Shown in pieces: positions 53,274-64,000 of a stretch of 64,000 bases of DNA. How positions within the stretch are numbered: position 1 is the stretch's first letter; each line of letters starts with the position of its first letter. The translations under genes and the position numbers were made by a program. Source of the stretch: Candidatus Dormiibacterota bacterium (GTDB taxonomy: Bacteria; Chloroflexota; Dormibacteria; Aeolococcales; Aeolococcaceae). The stretch is taken from assembly GCA_963718525.1 (NCBI GenBank), contig OY970355.1:1608025-1672024 (forward strand). The letters are read 5' to 3'. The notes below the pieces were generated by a model. It did no database searches, was not told where the DNA came from, and worked only from the letters and a program-made list of their open reading frames with translations.

Positions 53274-54892
53274 TGTCTCCCCGGCTGCTGCTGCGGCTGC
53301 ATCGCATCGGGCTGATCGCGATGGCGTACTTCGGAATCTTCTACGCGCTGGTCAACAGTGCTGCGTTTCCGATCTTTGCCGGCAGAACGCACGCCACGCA
53401 GGCTGCGTTCGGACACTCCGTCAGCGTGCTCGGCGCTCAGCTCACCTGGCTGTTGCCGGCGCCCGTGCGACCCGACACCGCCGCGGGGTACCTGCAGTGG
53501 CGCGGCTATGGTTTCTTCGCGATCGTCTTCGCCGCGTGGGGCCTGATGAGCGCGTGCGGTGCAGTGCGCCGTGATGAGGATCGCGGCCTGGTCGAGGTGT
53601 GGCTCGCAGCGGGGAGCTCGCGCCTCCGTCTGCTGGTCACCAGGAGCGCATTTTTCGCGGTGCTGAGCGTGGAGATCGTGACGCTGGCCGGAGCCGCCGG
53701 GTGGTTGGGTTGCCTGATCGCGGGGAGCTCTGTTGACGTTGCCGGTCTGGTGGGGGAAAGCGCGGCGCTCTGGGGGCTCACCCTCGCGTGCTTCGGGATC
53801 GGGCTGCTGATCTCGCAACTGGCGGCCGACTTCCGCGCGGCCGCTTCGGCCGGGAGTGCATTGCTGGTGCTGATGTTCCTGCTCGACGGCATCGGGCGGT
53901 CAAGCCTCCATCCCGCGCCGTTCACGCGCATCTCGGTGTTCCATCTGTTCAACCAATCCAACGCAATCGCTCCGGGCGGAAGCTTCGACCTCAGCGCGAC
54001 GCTGCTCCTGCTCGCCGTCGCCGCGGCCGCGACGGTCATTGCCTCGGTCGCTTTCGTCCGGCGCGACGTCGGTACCGGGCTCATCGGGTCGCGCCGTCGG
54101 GGTGCCCACGAAACCCACGAGGTATCGGCGAACCCGTTGCTGCGCATCCCGGTCGTGCGCGGGCTCTGGATCCGGAGGGTCACAGCCCTCGCCTGGACCG
54201 GCGGCATCGCGGTTGCCGCTGCCGCCGTGGTGCTGCTGGTGAATGTCACCGCGACATTCTTCGCATCGACACCGTCGCTGGCCCCCTACCTGCGCGGCCT
54301 CGCGGGCGATGTGCACACCGTGCTCCTCGCCTTGATCTGGCTGAGCTTCGCGCAGGCGCTCGTCGCCATCTTCGCGATTGCGTCGGTGTCGCGCTGGGCG
54401 TCAGAGGACTCGTCCGGCGTCCTGGAGATGGAGCTCGCCGAGCCATGGTCGAGGTGGGCAGTGCTGAGGGAGCGGGCGGCCGAGCTCACGGTGACACTCG
54501 CTGTCATGGCGTTCGCCGCCATGGCGGTGATCCTTGCGCTTGCTCCCGCGGAGTCGATCCCCCTCGATGTGGGAAAGCTGCTCAACGCGACCGCGCTGCT
54601 GATCCCCTTCGCGCTCACCTTCGCGGCGGTCGGAGCACTGCTCGCAGGCTGGCGGCCGCGGGTCGCCGTGGTTGTCCTCTCGACCATCACGGCGATCTCA
54701 TATTTCGTCTTCGAGCTCGCACCGCTGTTCAAATGGCCGGCGTGGGCGGGGAACCTGTCAGTGTTTCAGCTGTATGGGACGCCCCTGATCACGCCCGTAT
54801 TCGTCGGCGGGCTGATCGCCATGCTCGCCATCGCGGTCGTGGGGTTTGGATCCGCCGGCTTCGCGCTGACGCGGCGGGACGTCGCTGCATAG
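53273..54892 (+). CDS. ABC-2 type transporter permease
   Basis: 539 aa with a TGATG junction to the ATPase gene. About 12 hydrophobic helices arranged as two similar halves. Confidence 0.82.
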   Translation: MSPRLLLRLHRIGLIAMAYFGIFYALVNSAAFPIFAGRTHATQAAFGHSVSVLGAQLTWLLPAPVRPDTAAGYLQWRGYGFFAIVFAAWGLMSACGAVRRDEDRGLVEVWLAAGSSRLRLLVTRSAFFAVLSVEIVTLAGAAGWLGCLIAGSSVDVAGLVGESAALWGLTLACFGIGLLISQLAADFRAAASAGSALLVLMFLLDGIGRSSLHPAPFTRISVFHLFNQSNAIAPGGSFDLSATLLLLAVAAAATVIASVAFVRRDVGTGLIGSRRRGAHETHEVSANPLLRIPVVRGLWIRRVTALAWTGGIAVAAAAVVLLVNVTATFFASTPSLAPYLRGLAGDVHTVLLALIWLSFAQALVAIFAIASVSRWASEDSSGVLEMELAEPWSRWAVLRERAAELTVTLAVMAFAAMAVILALAPAESIPLDVGKLLNATALLIPFALTFAAVGALLAGWRPRVAVVVLSTITAISYFVFELAPLFKWPAWAGNLSVFQLYGTPLITPVFVGGLIAMLAIAVVGFGSAGFALTRRDVAA

Positions 54893-54902
54893 GAGGTATC
54901 TG

Positions 54903-55709
54903 GTGGCCAACAACTCGGAGACGAAGGATGCGATCCGCTGGATGTGGTCGCTCGGAGACTATGGCGCGATCGCCACGCACCTCGAGCCCCACGCGATCGA
55001 ACTGGCCCAGCGGAGCCGCCTCCAGGCCGGCTCGGAAGTCCTCGATGTCGCCGCCGGCAACGGGAACTTCGCGATAGCGGCGGCTCGTCTCGGGGCGACC
55101 GTCGTGGCCACCGACCTGACCCCGGCCATGGTCGAGCTGGGCCGTGCACGAAGCGCCCCGCTTGGCCTCGCCATCGAGTGGCGCGAGGCGGACGCGGAGC
55201 AGCTTCCCTTTCCCGATGACCGCTTCGACGTCGTGGCGTCGGTGTTCGGTGCGATGTTCGCTCCTGACCCGGAGCGCGTCGCGGCCGAGCTGTTCAGAGT
55301 CGCCAAACCAGGCGGCCTGGTGGCGATGGCCAACTACGGGCCGAAGGGATTTCTCGGACGCTTCACGGCGATGCTGGCCGAGCGTGGACCCGCGCCACCT
55401 CCGGGCATGCACTCCCCATTCGAATGGGGCGTCACCGACGAGGTGCACCGGCGCTTCAAGGGCCTCACCTCATCGATCGAGATCTATCCGCAGGCGCTGA
55501 CCTTCGAGTTCGAGTCGCTCGATGCCGGATCCGACTTCTGGGAGCACACCAACCCGCCGATGATGGCGATGCTCAGCATGCTCGACGAACAGCAGACTGC
55601 GGCGCTGCATCAGGACCTGAGAAAGCTCATGACCGAGCTCAACCAGGTCTCCGGTGGGGGTCTGACGCTCGAGTCAGACTACCTCCAGGTGCTCGCCCGC
55701 AAGGCGTAG
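54903..55709 (+). CDS. class I SAM-dependent methyltransferase
   Basis: 268 aa, GTG start with a GGAGG SD. VLDVAAGNGNFAIAAARLGATVVATDL...FDVVASVFGAMF...KPGGLVAMANY. Confidence 0.86.
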   Translation: MANNSETKDAIRWMWSLGDYGAIATHLEPHAIELAQRSRLQAGSEVLDVAAGNGNFAIAAARLGATVVATDLTPAMVELGRARSAPLGLAIEWREADAEQLPFPDDRFDVVASVFGAMFAPDPERVAAELFRVAKPGGLVAMANYGPKGFLGRFTAMLAERGPAPPPGMHSPFEWGVTDEVHRRFKGLTSSIEIYPQALTFEFESLDAGSDFWEHTNPPMMAMLSMLDEQQTAALHQDLRKLMTELNQVSGGGLTLESDYLQVLARKA

Positions 55710-57287
55710 CTTGTTCAGCTCGCCTGACTGCTCCCGGCTCGCGATGATCGCGAACTCGAAGGCATCAGCGAGCGCGCTCCACGACGCCTCGATGATGTTG
55801 GTGCTGCACCCCACCGTGCTCCAGCGCCGGTGGTGGTCGCCGCTCTCGACGAGCACCCGGACCCCGGCGGCGGTGCCGTCACGCCCGTCGAGCACGCGCA
55901 CCTTGTAATCGAAGAGCTGGGTGGCGCCGATCTCGGGATAGCTCGGCGTCAACGCCTTGCGCAGCGCGGCGTCGAGGGCGTTGACAGGTCCGTTGCCCTC
56001 GGCCGCGGTGTGCACGACCTCGTCACCGACCTGCACCTTGATGGTCGCCTCGCACACCAGTTGACGCCCCTCCCGCTGCTCGACAAGCGCGATGTAGTCG
56101 ATGAGCGTGAACGGCGCGGGATTGCCGCGCGCGCGATGGACGAGCAGTTCGAAGGACGCCTCAGCCCCTTCGAACGAGTGACCGCTGAACTCGAGCTCCT
56201 TGACCTGATCGGCAACTCTTCGCGCCAGAGCCCTGTCCTGGGTGAGATCGACGCCGAACGCCGCGGCCTTCTCGAGGACGGTGCCCCGCCCCGACTGCTG
56301 CGTGATCACCGAGTGGCGCTCATTGCCAACCCGAGCGGGGTCGATGTGCTGATACGCATACGAGGCTTTGCTCATCGCGTCGATGTGCTGACCGCCCTTG
56401 TGCGTGAACGCGGCCTGCCCGATGTACGGCGCGGAAAGGGGAGGGGCGATGTTGGCGATCTCCGCGACGTCACGCGCGACCTCGGTGAGGCGCGCCAGCT
56501 GCGCGTCCTCGATGACCTGCACGCCCATCTTCAGCTGCAGGTTGGGAATCAGCGTGCAGAGGTTCGCGTTGCCGGTGCGCTCGCCGTAGCCGTTGATGCA
56601 TCCCTGCACCTGCACGGCGCCCGCCCGCACCGCGGCGAGCGTGGCAGCGACCGCACATCCGGAGTCGTCGTGGCAGTGGATCCCGGCGATGCTGCCGAAT
56701 CGTGACGTGACCTCGCGGACCACAGATTCCACGCGATCGGGCAGCGTTCCGCCGTTGGTATCGCAGAGCGTGATCCGCTCCGCTCCCGCGCTGACGGCAG
56801 CCTCGAGGCAGCGCAGCGCGTAGTCCGGATCGCTGGCGTGTCCATCGAAGAAGTGCTCGGCGTCGTAGACGACGCGGCGGCCATGGTCGACGAACCAGCG
56901 CACCGATTCGGCGATCATCGCGACGTTCTCGTCGGTGGTGGTCCGGAGCACGTCGACGACCTGCCGGTCCCACGCCTTGCCGACAAGCGTGATGATCGGC
57001 GCCATCGAGTCGAGCAGCGTGCGCAGCTGCAGGTCGTCCTGCGCTCTAAGTCCCGGCCGGCGGGTTGCACCGAACGCCGCGAGAGTCGCGTTGCGGAGCG
57101 GGCGTCCCTGCATCGCTGCGAAGAATTCCGTATCCGTGGGGTTCGCGCCGGGCCAGCCCCCTTCGATGACGGTGACGCCGAGCGTGTCGAGATGCTCGGC
57201 GATGCGAAGCTTGTCGGACACCGAGAAGTTGATGCCGACTCCCTGCGCACCGTCACGCAGAGTCGTGTCGTAGATCTCGACCGTCAT
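55674..57287 (-). CDS. cimA: (R)-citramalate synthase
   Basis: 537 aa from ATG 57285-57287. IYDTTLRDGAQGVGINFSVSDKLRIAEHLDTLGVTVIEGGWPGANPTD is the long-form CimA pattern, distinct from the LeuA paralogue upstream. A LeuA-dimer-like C-terminal domain is present. Confidence 0.85.
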   Translation of the reverse strand: MTVEIYDTTLRDGAQGVGINFSVSDKLRIAEHLDTLGVTVIEGGWPGANPTDTEFFAAMQGRPLRNATLAAFGATRRPGLRAQDDLQLRTLLDSMAPIITLVGKAWDRQVVDVLRTTTDENVAMIAESVRWFVDHGRRVVYDAEHFFDGHASDPDYALRCLEAAVSAGAERITLCDTNGGTLPDRVESVVREVTSRFGSIAGIHCHDDSGCAVAATLAAVRAGAVQVQGCINGYGERTGNANLCTLIPNLQLKMGVQVIEDAQLARLTEVARDVAEIANIAPPLSAPYIGQAAFTHKGGQHIDAMSKASYAYQHIDPARVGNERHSVITQQSGRGTVLEKAAAFGVDLTQDRALARRVADQVKELEFSGHSFEGAEASFELLVHRARGNPAPFTLIDYIALVEQREGRQLVCEATIKVQVGDEVVHTAAEGNGPVNALDAALRKALTPSYPEIGATQLFDYKVRVLDGRDGTAAGVRVLVESGDHHRRWSTVGCSTNIIEASWSALADAFEFAIIASREQSGELNKLRLAGEHLEVV

Positions 57288-58378
57288 CGCGCGGCTCCAC
57301 TGCGCGCGCCGAGATGTCGCAACGCCTCGCGTGCCACCGCATCGGCGACGGCGTCGGTTCCCGATCCGCCGCCAAGGTCGTGGGTGAGGATGTCTTCGGC
57401 GATGCACACGTCGACCGCGGATTCGATGGCAGCCGCAAGGTCCTCGCGGTGGAGCGAATGACGAAGGAGCATCGCGACCGAGAGGATGGTGCCGTAGGGA
57501 TTGGCGATGCCACGTCCCGCGAGGGTGGGCGCGCTGCCGTGCACCGGTTCGTACAACCCCTGGTCGGTCGCGTTGAGGCTGGCCGACGGGAGCAGGCCCA
57601 GCGAGCCGGCGAGCACGGCTGCCTCATCGCTCAGGATGTCGCCGAAGAGATTCTCCGCGACCACGACGTCGATGGACGCGGGCTCGCGCACCAACCGCAT
57701 CGCGAACGAGTCGACGAGCTCGTGGCTCAACGTGACGTCGGGATACTCGGGACCCAGCGCGGTGACGACCTCTCTCCAGAGCTGGCTCGTGATGAGCACG
57801 TTCGCCTTGTCGATCGAGATGAGCTCGCCGCGTCGCAACTCGGCGAGCCTGAAGGCGACACGAGCGACCCGTTCGATCTCGGCCGCGCTGTACACGATGC
57901 TGTCGCGGGCGATCTCGTCCGGCCCCGACCCTGTGCGTCCGCGCGGCTGTCCAAAGTAGGCGCCCCCAGTCAGCTCGCGCACGATCACCAGGTCAGTCCC
58001 ACTGATGACCTCGGGACGCAGCGTGGTGCGATCGACGAGGTGCGGATGCACCTTGACGGGACGGACATTGGCGAAGACGTCGAGCTCCCGTCGCAGTCGC
58101 AACAGGCCCGCTTCGCAGCGCTGCTCGCCGCGCAGGTGATCCCATGCCGGGCCGCCGACCGCCCCGAGCAGCACCGCATCAGCGGCCTTGCACGCGTCGA
58201 GCGTCTCGTCGGGAAGCGGCATGCCGAACTCGTCGATCGCCCGACCGCCGATGGGACGGACATCGATGCTCACCTGCGTGTCAGCGGCATCACAGACGGT
58301 CGCGAGCACGCTCAGGGCCGCGTTCACAACCTCCGGGCCGACGCCGTCTCCCGGGAGCACGACGATGTTTGCTTTCAC
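57284..58378 (-). CDS. leuB: 3-isopropylmalate dehydrogenase
   Basis: About 364 aa from GTG 58376-58378 (GTGA overlap with leuD). IVVLPGDGVGPEV...NLFGDILSDEAAVLAGSLGLLPSASL...YEPVHGSAP. Confidence 0.92.
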   Translation of the reverse strand: MKANIVVLPGDGVGPEVVNAALSVLATVCDAADTQVSIDVRPIGGRAIDEFGMPLPDETLDACKAADAVLLGAVGGPAWDHLRGEQRCEAGLLRLRRELDVFANVRPVKVHPHLVDRTTLRPEVISGTDLVIVRELTGGAYFGQPRGRTGSGPDEIARDSIVYSAAEIERVARVAFRLAELRRGELISIDKANVLITSQLWREVVTALGPEYPDVTLSHELVDSFAMRLVREPASIDVVVAENLFGDILSDEAAVLAGSLGLLPSASLNATDQGLYEPVHGSAPTLAGRGIANPYGTILSVAMLLRHSLHREDLAAAIESAVDVCIAEDILTHDLGGGSGTDAVADAVAREALRHLGARSGAAR

Positions 58379-58998
58379 GGGCCGGCCCGGACGCGCTGCA
58401 GATCCGGCATCCACGCCGGGCGGCCCTGTTCGAATGCGGTGATCTCGGGTTCGTGCGCGAGGGTCAGGCCGATGTCGTCGAGACCCTCCAGCAGGCGGCG
58501 CCGCTCGAACGGGTCGATGCTGAACGTGAAACGCAGATCACCGCATGTCACCGTCTGCGCCTCGAGGTCGACGGCGACGGCGATCCCCGGTTGCTCTGCG
58601 GCGAGGTCGAGGAGTTCGCGAACCTCGTGCTCGGGAAGGATCACCGGAAGGACTCCGCTGCCGAGCGCGTTGGCTCTGAAGATATCCGCAAACAACTCCG
58701 CGATGATTGCGCGAATGCCGTAGTCGGCAAGCGCCCACACCGCGTGCTCGCGCGAAGAACCACAGCCGAAGTTGCGTCCCGTGACCATCACGGTCCCGGG
58801 CGCGTACGCCTCCTGGTTGAACACGAACTCCGGCCGCGGCGTGCCGGACGGCTCACGGCGCCAGTCGTAGAAGAGGAACTCGCCGTAGCCGGTTCGCTCG
58901 ATACGTTTGAGGAACTGCTTGGGGATGATCTGATCGGTGTCGACGTCCGAGCGGTCGAGCGGGATGAGCACGCCGTCCTCGCGGCGAAACGGTTTCAT
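58375..58998 (-). CDS. leuD: 3-isopropylmalate dehydratase small subunit
   Basis: 207 aa from ATG 58996-58998. [21 protein letters not shown]...[17 protein letters not shown]. Confidence 0.93.
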   Translation of the reverse strand: MKPFRREDGVLIPLDRSDVDTDQIIPKQFLKRIERTGYGEFLFYDWRREPSGTPRPEFVFNQEAYAPGTVMVTGRNFGCGSSREHAVWALADYGIRAIIAELFADIFRANALGSGVLPVILPEHEVRELLDLAAEQPGIAVAVDLEAQTVTCGDLRFTFSIDPFERRRLLEGLDDIGLTLAHEPEITAFEQGRPAWMPDLQRVRAGP

Positions 58999-60416
58999 GC
59001 CCGGCCCACCGGTACGGCGAGGCGGCGGACATCGACAAACCGGCCCTCGACGGCGGCGGCTGCTGCCATCGCCGGCGAGACGAGGTGGGTGCGCCCGCCG
59101 CGTCCCTGGCGGCCTTCGAAATTGCGGTTGCTCGTGCTGGCACAGCGCTCGCCGGGTTGGAGGATGTCGGGGTTCATGCCGAGGCACATCGAGCAGCCCG
59201 GATTGCGCCACTCAGCTCCGGCGCTGATGAAGACCGTGTCGAGTCCCTCGGATTCGGCCTGCACCTTCACCTGGGCCGAGCCGGGCACCACCAGGACGCG
59301 GACACCCTCGTGGACTCGGCGCCCGTCGAGCATCGCGGCCGCCGCGCGCAGGTCCTCGATGCGGCCATTGGTGCATGACCCGATGAACACGGTGTCGAGC
59401 CTGATGTCCTCGATGGCCATGCCCGGCTCGAGACCCATGTACGCGAGGGCGCGCACCGCGGATTCACGCTCCGCGGCGTCCTGGAACATCTCCGGGTCGG
59501 GGACGCGTCCGGTCACCGGCACCGATTGTGCTGGCGTGGTCCCCCAGGTCACCGTCGGCTCCAGCGTTGTCGCGTCGACGCTCACCACGCGGTCGTATGC
59601 CGCGCCCGGATCGCTCTGCAGCTCGCTCCACGCAGCAACCGCGCCGTCCCAATCGGCGGCGGCAGGCGCATACGGGCGGCGCCTGATGTAAGCAAAGGTG
59701 GTGGCATCGGGCGCGATCATCCCGGCGCGGCCACCGCCTTCGATGGTGAGGTTGCAGAGCGTCATGCGCTGCTCCATCGTGAAGCCACGGACCACCGAGC
59801 CCGTGTACTCGACCACGTGACCCGCGGCGCCCGCTGTGCCGATGGCGTTGAGGACTCCCAGGGCCGCGTCCTTGGCGGTGACTCCGACGGGCAGCGTGCC
59901 TTCGATCCGCACCTCCATGGTCTTCGGGCGGGACTGACGGAGACACTGCGTCGCCAGGACGTGCTCGACCTCGGACGTCCCGATTCCCAGAGCGAATGCC
60001 CCGAAGGCACCGTGCGTGGCCGTGTGCGAATCACCGCAGACGACGATCGTCCCGGGGACGGTGAGGCCGAGCTCCGGCCCGATCACGTGGACGATGCCCT
60101 GCCAGCGATGCCCGGCGCCGAAGCACGAGATTCCGTGCTCCTCGCAGTTCCGGCGCAGCGCATCCATCTGCGCCGCACTCATCTCGTCGGCGCCGCTGAC
60201 CCCGTCGCCGTCGGTCGGGACGTTGTGGTCCATCGTGGCAACAACCAGACCGGGTCTGCGCACGCTTCGGCCTTCCATGCGGAGGCCTTCGAACGCCTGT
60301 GGGGAGGTGACCTCATGGACGAGGTGAAGATCCACGTAGAGCAGCGACGGCTCACCGGGCTCCTCGGCGACGGTGTGTGCCTCCCAGATCTTGTCGAAGA
60401 GGGTGCGCGGAGTCAT
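58995..60416 (-). CDS. leuC: 3-isopropylmalate dehydratase large subunit
   Basis: 473 aa from ATG 60414-60416. [14 protein letters not shown]...[16 protein letters not shown]...[15 protein letters not shown]...[11 protein letters not shown]...MCLGMNPD. Confidence 0.94.
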   Translation of the reverse strand: MTPRTLFDKIWEAHTVAEEPGEPSLLYVDLHLVHEVTSPQAFEGLRMEGRSVRRPGLVVATMDHNVPTDGDGVSGADEMSAAQMDALRRNCEEHGISCFGAGHRWQGIVHVIGPELGLTVPGTIVVCGDSHTATHGAFGAFALGIGTSEVEHVLATQCLRQSRPKTMEVRIEGTLPVGVTAKDAALGVLNAIGTAGAAGHVVEYTGSVVRGFTMEQRMTLCNLTIEGGGRAGMIAPDATTFAYIRRRPYAPAAADWDGAVAAWSELQSDPGAAYDRVVSVDATTLEPTVTWGTTPAQSVPVTGRVPDPEMFQDAAERESAVRALAYMGLEPGMAIEDIRLDTVFIGSCTNGRIEDLRAAAAMLDGRRVHEGVRVLVVPGSAQVKVQAESEGLDTVFISAGAEWRNPGCSMCLGMNPDILQPGERCASTSNRNFEGRQGRGGRTHLVSPAMAAAAAVEGRFVDVRRLAVPVGRA

Positions 60417-62011
60417 TTGACCCCCGAGGTGGCCGCGGCTGGAGCTGCGGCGGTCGAAGTGGCCATCGCCGCCATCCGCTCCGGAGGCACGCGCGGCCCC
60501 GCCGCGAGCCGCGTGGTCAGGCGGTTCAGGGCATGGACGTACGCTTTCGCGGCCGCCACCAGGATGTCGGTGTCGGCGCCGTGACCCGAGCTCAGGGTGC
60601 CGTCCTGGCGCAGGCGCACGCTCACCTCGCCGACGGCGTCCATGCCCTCCGTGATCGCCTGAATGGCGAACTCCTCGAGCTCGGCCTCCACGTGCACCAG
60701 CGAATCGATGGCGCGATAGGTCGCGTCGACCGGGCCGTCTCCCATTGAGACAGCCTCGTGGCTCGCGCCGTCGTCCAGAAGCATGCGCACGGTGGCCGTG
60801 GCGCGCAGGTTGGTGCCGCAACTCACCTGGAGGTGCTCGAGACGGAACGTCTCCTCAGCACCCTGGCGCTCGTCGGCGACGATCGCCTCGAGATCGCGGT
60901 CGGTGACGTCCCGCTTGCGGTCGGCGAGTTCCTTGAAACGCACAAAGGCGCGCTGCAATTCCTCGCCGTCAAGACGGTAGCCCAATTGCTCGAGGCGGTC
61001 GCGCAGCGCGTGGCGCCCGCTGAGCTTGCCGAGCACGAGCGTTGAGCCGGCTCCCACCTGACCCGGCTCCATGATCTCGAAGGTCCGGCGGTCCTTGAGC
61101 ATGCCATCCTGGTGGATGCCGGAATGGTGCGCGAACGCATTGGCTCCGACCACGGCCTTGTTCGGCTGGACGAGCATGCCGGTGAGCTGGGACACGAGCC
61201 GTGAGGTGCGATACAGCTGCGAATGATCGAGCTGGGTGGTCACGCCGTACACCGTCTCGTGCAGACGGACGGCCATCGCGACCTCCTCGAGCGCGGCATT
61301 GCCCGCACGCTCGCCGATACCGTTGACACATGTCTCGATCTGTCGCGCCCCGCCGAGCACGCTGACGAGCGAGTTGGCAGTTGCGAGGCCGAGATCGTTG
61401 TGACAGTGGACCGAAAGCACGACAGTTCGAAGCGCCGGTACCTGCTCATACATCCAGGCGATGAGCGAGCGCCACTCGTCGGGTGTCGCGTATCCGACGG
61501 TGTCGGGCAGATTGATGGTGGTCGCCCCAGCCTCGATACAGCTGTTGACCACCTCGGCCAGGTACTCGCGCTCGGTACGGCTCGCATCCATGGGTGAGAA
61601 CTCGACGTCTTCGCGGAATGTCTTCGCGAGCCCGGTCATCGCGACAGCGCGCTCGTGAACCTCGCGCTGGGTCATGCGCAGCTGTCCTTCACGATGGATC
61701 GGTGAGGTGCCGATGAACACATGAATGCGCGCGCGGGCCGCAGGCTCGAGCGCCGCGGCGCACGCGCGGACGTCAGCCTCGAAACAGCGCGAGAGACCCG
61801 CGATCACCGAGCCGTCGACCTGTTCGGCGATGGCCTTGACCGCGGCAAAGTCACCCGGCGAGCTGTGTGGGAACCCGGCTTCGATGACATCCACCTTCAG
61901 TCGAGCGAGCTGATGGGCGATCTGGAGCTTGTCCTCCGCGTTGAGCGCCACCCCGGGGGACTGCTCACCGTCGCGAAGCGTGGTGTCAAGAATCGTCAGC
62001 GACTCGGTCAT
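60413..62011 (-). CDS. leuA: 2-isopropylmalate synthase
   Basis: 532 aa. [42 protein letters not shown]...[14 protein letters not shown]...[13 protein letters not shown]. Confidence 0.94.
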   Translation of the reverse strand: MTESLTILDTTLRDGEQSPGVALNAEDKLQIAHQLARLKVDVIEAGFPHSSPGDFAAVKAIAEQVDGSVIAGLSRCFEADVRACAAALEPAARARIHVFIGTSPIHREGQLRMTQREVHERAVAMTGLAKTFREDVEFSPMDASRTEREYLAEVVNSCIEAGATTINLPDTVGYATPDEWRSLIAWMYEQVPALRTVVLSVHCHNDLGLATANSLVSVLGGARQIETCVNGIGERAGNAALEEVAMAVRLHETVYGVTTQLDHSQLYRTSRLVSQLTGMLVQPNKAVVGANAFAHHSGIHQDGMLKDRRTFEIMEPGQVGAGSTLVLGKLSGRHALRDRLEQLGYRLDGEELQRAFVRFKELADRKRDVTDRDLEAIVADERQGAEETFRLEHLQVSCGTNLRATATVRMLLDDGASHEAVSMGDGPVDATYRAIDSLVHVEAELEEFAIQAITEGMDAVGEVSVRLRQDGTLSSGHGADTDILVAAAKAYVHALNRLTTRLAAGPRVPPERMAAMATSTAAAPAAATSGVK

Positions 62012-63063
62012 ACCGTCGCCTCCTCGCGGTCGGGCTCAGCCAGCACCTTCTCCATCCCGGGCGCCGTCTTGCTGTCGAGCCAGCCCATCTTTGACCGCAG
62101 CTCGGCGCCGACGCGCTCGATGGGCAGACGCTGCTCCTCGTCGCGATATTCGACGAAGTTCGGCCGTCCGGCTTCGTTCTCCTCGATCCAGCGCTTGGCG
62201 AAGCTGCCGTCCTGGATGTCGCTCAGCAATTTGCGCATGGTGGCGCGGGTGCGCTCGTCCACCACCTTGGGGCCGCTGACGTAGTCGCCATACTCGGCGG
62301 TCTCGCTCACGGAGTAGCGCATCCACGACAGACCGCCCTGATACATGAGATCAACGATGAGCTTGAGCTCGTGCATGACCTCGAAGTACGCGAGCTCGGG
62401 CTGATAGCCGGCATCGGTGAGCGTGTCGAACCCGGCCTTGACCAGCGACGTGATGCCGCCGCACAGCACCGCCTGCTCCCCGAAGAGATCGGTCTCGGTC
62501 TCCTCGGCGAACGTCGTCTCGAGGACGCCGGCGCGGGTGCCGCCGATGCCTCGCGCGTACGCAAGGGTGCGTTCGCGGGCGAGACCGGTCGCGTTCTGAT
62601 GCACGGCGAACAGGCACGGGACGCCCTGTCCCGCGACGAAGGTGCTGCGCACCAGGTGGCCCGGGCCTTTGGGAGCCACCATGCTGACGTCGACGCCGAC
62701 TGGCGGGTCGATGAGCTCGTAGCGGATGTTGAATCCGTGGGCGAACATCAGCATCTTGTCCGCATGCAGGTGCGGTGCGATCGCCTCGTCATACAGCGCG
62801 CGCTGGCCGGTGTCAGGTGTCAGCACCATGATCACATCGGCCTCCGCGCATGCCTCCGCAGGGGTCAGCACGCGGAGTCCCTCGGCCTGCGCCGCGGCAC
62901 GGCTGCGGCTGGATTCGGGAAGGCCAACGCGCACGTCATGACCCGAGTCGCGCAGGTTGAGCGCGTGAGCGTGGCCCTGCGAGCCGTACCCCAGAATGGC
63001 GATGGGGAGATTTGACAGAGCCTCTGGATCGGCGTCTGCGTCGTAGTACATCCGAGCGGTCAT
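62008..63063 (-). CDS. ilvC: ketol-acid reductoisomerase
   Basis: 351 aa. [21 protein letters not shown]...FAHGFNI...[13 protein letters not shown]...[11 protein letters not shown]. Confidence 0.95.
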   Translation of the reverse strand: MTARMYYDADADPEALSNLPIAILGYGSQGHAHALNLRDSGHDVRVGLPESSRSRAAAQAEGLRVLTPAEACAEADVIMVLTPDTGQRALYDEAIAPHLHADKMLMFAHGFNIRYELIDPPVGVDVSMVAPKGPGHLVRSTFVAGQGVPCLFAVHQNATGLARERTLAYARGIGGTRAGVLETTFAEETETDLFGEQAVLCGGITSLVKAGFDTLTDAGYQPELAYFEVMHELKLIVDLMYQGGLSWMRYSVSETAEYGDYVSGPKVVDERTRATMRKLLSDIQDGSFAKRWIEENEAGRPNFVEYRDEEQRLPIERVGAELRSKMGWLDSKTAPGMEKVLAEPDREEATV

Positions 63064-63088
63064 TGATCGCTGCCTCCTCTGCGCTTGC

Positions 63089-63673
63089 TCACACGGTGCC
63101 GGTGGTGTCGCCGGCCACGCCCTGCAGGCGCGACGGCTCTGTCTGCGGCTCGTCGCCGTCGGTCGCGAAGTCCATGAGCCGGAAGCGGGCCTGGTCGCCT
63201 CGAACGAGCGCCACGACGCCGCTTCGTGCCAGCTCCTTGATGCCGTACGGCCGCATCAGGTCGATGAAGTTGTCGATCTTCTCCGCACTGCCCGTCACCT
63301 CGATGATCACCGAGTTGGCGGCGACGTCGACGACCCGTCCCCTGAAGATGTCGACGAGGTTCAGCACCTCGGTTCGCTCGCCAGGTGGCGCGTGCATGCG
63401 GACGAGCACCAGCTCATGCGCAACATTGCGCAATCCCGTGATGTCGTCGATGGTGATGACGTCGATGAGCTTGGCCAGCTGCTTGGTGGCCTGCTCGGCC
63501 TGCTGCCGCCCGACGTGCACGGTGATCGTCATCCGCGAGATCGTGTCGTCCTCGGTGGGCCCCACCGAGAGCGAATCGATGTTGAAGCCTCGCCGCCGGA
63601 TCATCGACGCGACGCGCTGCAGGACCCCCGGTTTGTTGTCGACCAGTACTGACAACAGCCGGCTCGCGGTCAT
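63089..63673 (-). CDS. ilvN: acetolactate synthase small (regulatory) subunit
   Basis: 194 aa. ACT domain [44 protein letters not shown]. Confidence 0.92.
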   Translation of the reverse strand: MTASRLLSVLVDNKPGVLQRVASMIRRRGFNIDSLSVGPTEDDTISRMTITVHVGRQQAEQATKQLAKLIDVITIDDITGLRNVAHELVLVRMHAPPGERTEVLNLVDIFRGRVVDVAANSVIIEVTGSAEKIDNFIDLMRPYGIKELARSGVVALVRGDQARFRLMDFATDGDEPQTEPSRLQGVAGDTTGTV

Positions 63674-64000
63674 CAGCTCGCCTCGACGAAGTCGAGCATG
63701 CCCATACCGAGCGGCACGATGGGATACACGTTCGCGTCGGGATCGATGTTGAAGTTGAGCAGCACCGGCCCCTTGTGCGCCATCGCCTCGTCGAGCATCC
63801 GCCCGACATCCTCGAGACGATCGGTGGACATCGCCTTCATGCCGAAGGCGTCGCCGAGCTTGACGATGTCGGGCGTGAATGTCAGGTCGACCGCCGAGCG
63901 CACGCCGTCGTAGAAGTCGTCCTGGAACTGCCGGACCATGCCGAGTGACGAGTTGTTGAGGATGATCACATTGACGTCGATGTTGTTCTCGACCATCGTC
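63673..64000 (-). CDS. ilvB: acetolactate synthase large subunit, C-terminal part (5' end beyond the window)
   Basis: The frame is open to the window edge. The ThDP-binding C-terminal block IILNNSSLGMVRQFQDDFY... ends at a TGA that overlaps the ilvN ATG (TGATG). Confidence 0.9.
   Translation of the reverse strand, partial: TMVENNIDVNVIILNNSSLGMVRQFQDDFYDGVRSAVDLTFTPDIVKLGDAFGMKAMSTDRLEDVGRMLDEAMAHKGPVLLNFNIDPDANVYPIVPLGMGMLDFVEAS

Noticed and set aside
57314-59691. Long plus-strand ORFs (469 aa and 515 aa) across leuB, leuD and leuC
   Set aside because: They are antisense to unmistakable Leu biosynthesis genes, have no motifs, and are Arg/Pro/Ser-rich.
1-64000. Search for CRISPR arrays, transposases, integrases, phage genes and known defence-system signatures
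   Set aside because: No regularly spaced direct repeats, no DDE or tyrosine/serine recombinase motifs, and no phage structural genes were seen. The only mobile-looking feature is the TA pair next to tRNA-Ala.

Overview
GC-rich (about two-thirds G+C by eye, not computed), gene-dense chromosomal segment. Adjacent genes very often share overlapping stop/start codons (ATGA, GTGA, TGATG). Content suggests a high-GC monoderm of Actinomycetota- or Chloroflexota-like type: bS22 mini ribosomal protein, an F420-type LLM oxidoreductase, a ClgR/PopR-like regulator with clpP, a DosR-like two-component system, and many leaderless-looking starts. I cannot narrow the taxon further. Layout: (i) 1-29053 is a large envelope-glycan island. 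It holds an initiating phosphoglycosyl transferase, a Wzx flippase, 2 GT4 and 3 GT2 enzymes, large polytopic membrane proteins, ugd-uxs (UDP-xylose), a complete pseudaminic acid pathway (pseBCGF and pseIH) and five SAM methyltransferases. (ii) 29.2-33.8 kb holds small housekeeping and accessory genes: an LLM oxidoreductase, an AbrB/RelE-type TA pair, tRNA-Ala, a receiver protein, ccsA, bS22, HIT and Ohr. (iii) 33.8-39.7 kb is a peptide ABC importer whose permease is frameshifted. (iv) 40-49.5 kb holds tRNA-Ala, comEA-comEC-holA, rpsT, ispE, zwf and glk. (v) 49.5-55.7 kb holds a GAF kinase/NarL regulator pair and a GbsR-ABC exporter-methyltransferase operon. (vi) 55.7-64 kb is a tightly coupled ilvB-ilvN-ilvC-leuA-leuC-leuD-leuB-cimA operon. 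No CRISPR array, transposase or integrase was seen. The best candidates for something undescribed are the glycan island as a whole, an Arn-like lipid-linked pentose sub-module within it, and an orphan 593-aa GT-B-like protein that may be the missing pseudaminyl transferase. All functional calls rest on motif recognition by eye. No BLAST or HMM search was run.
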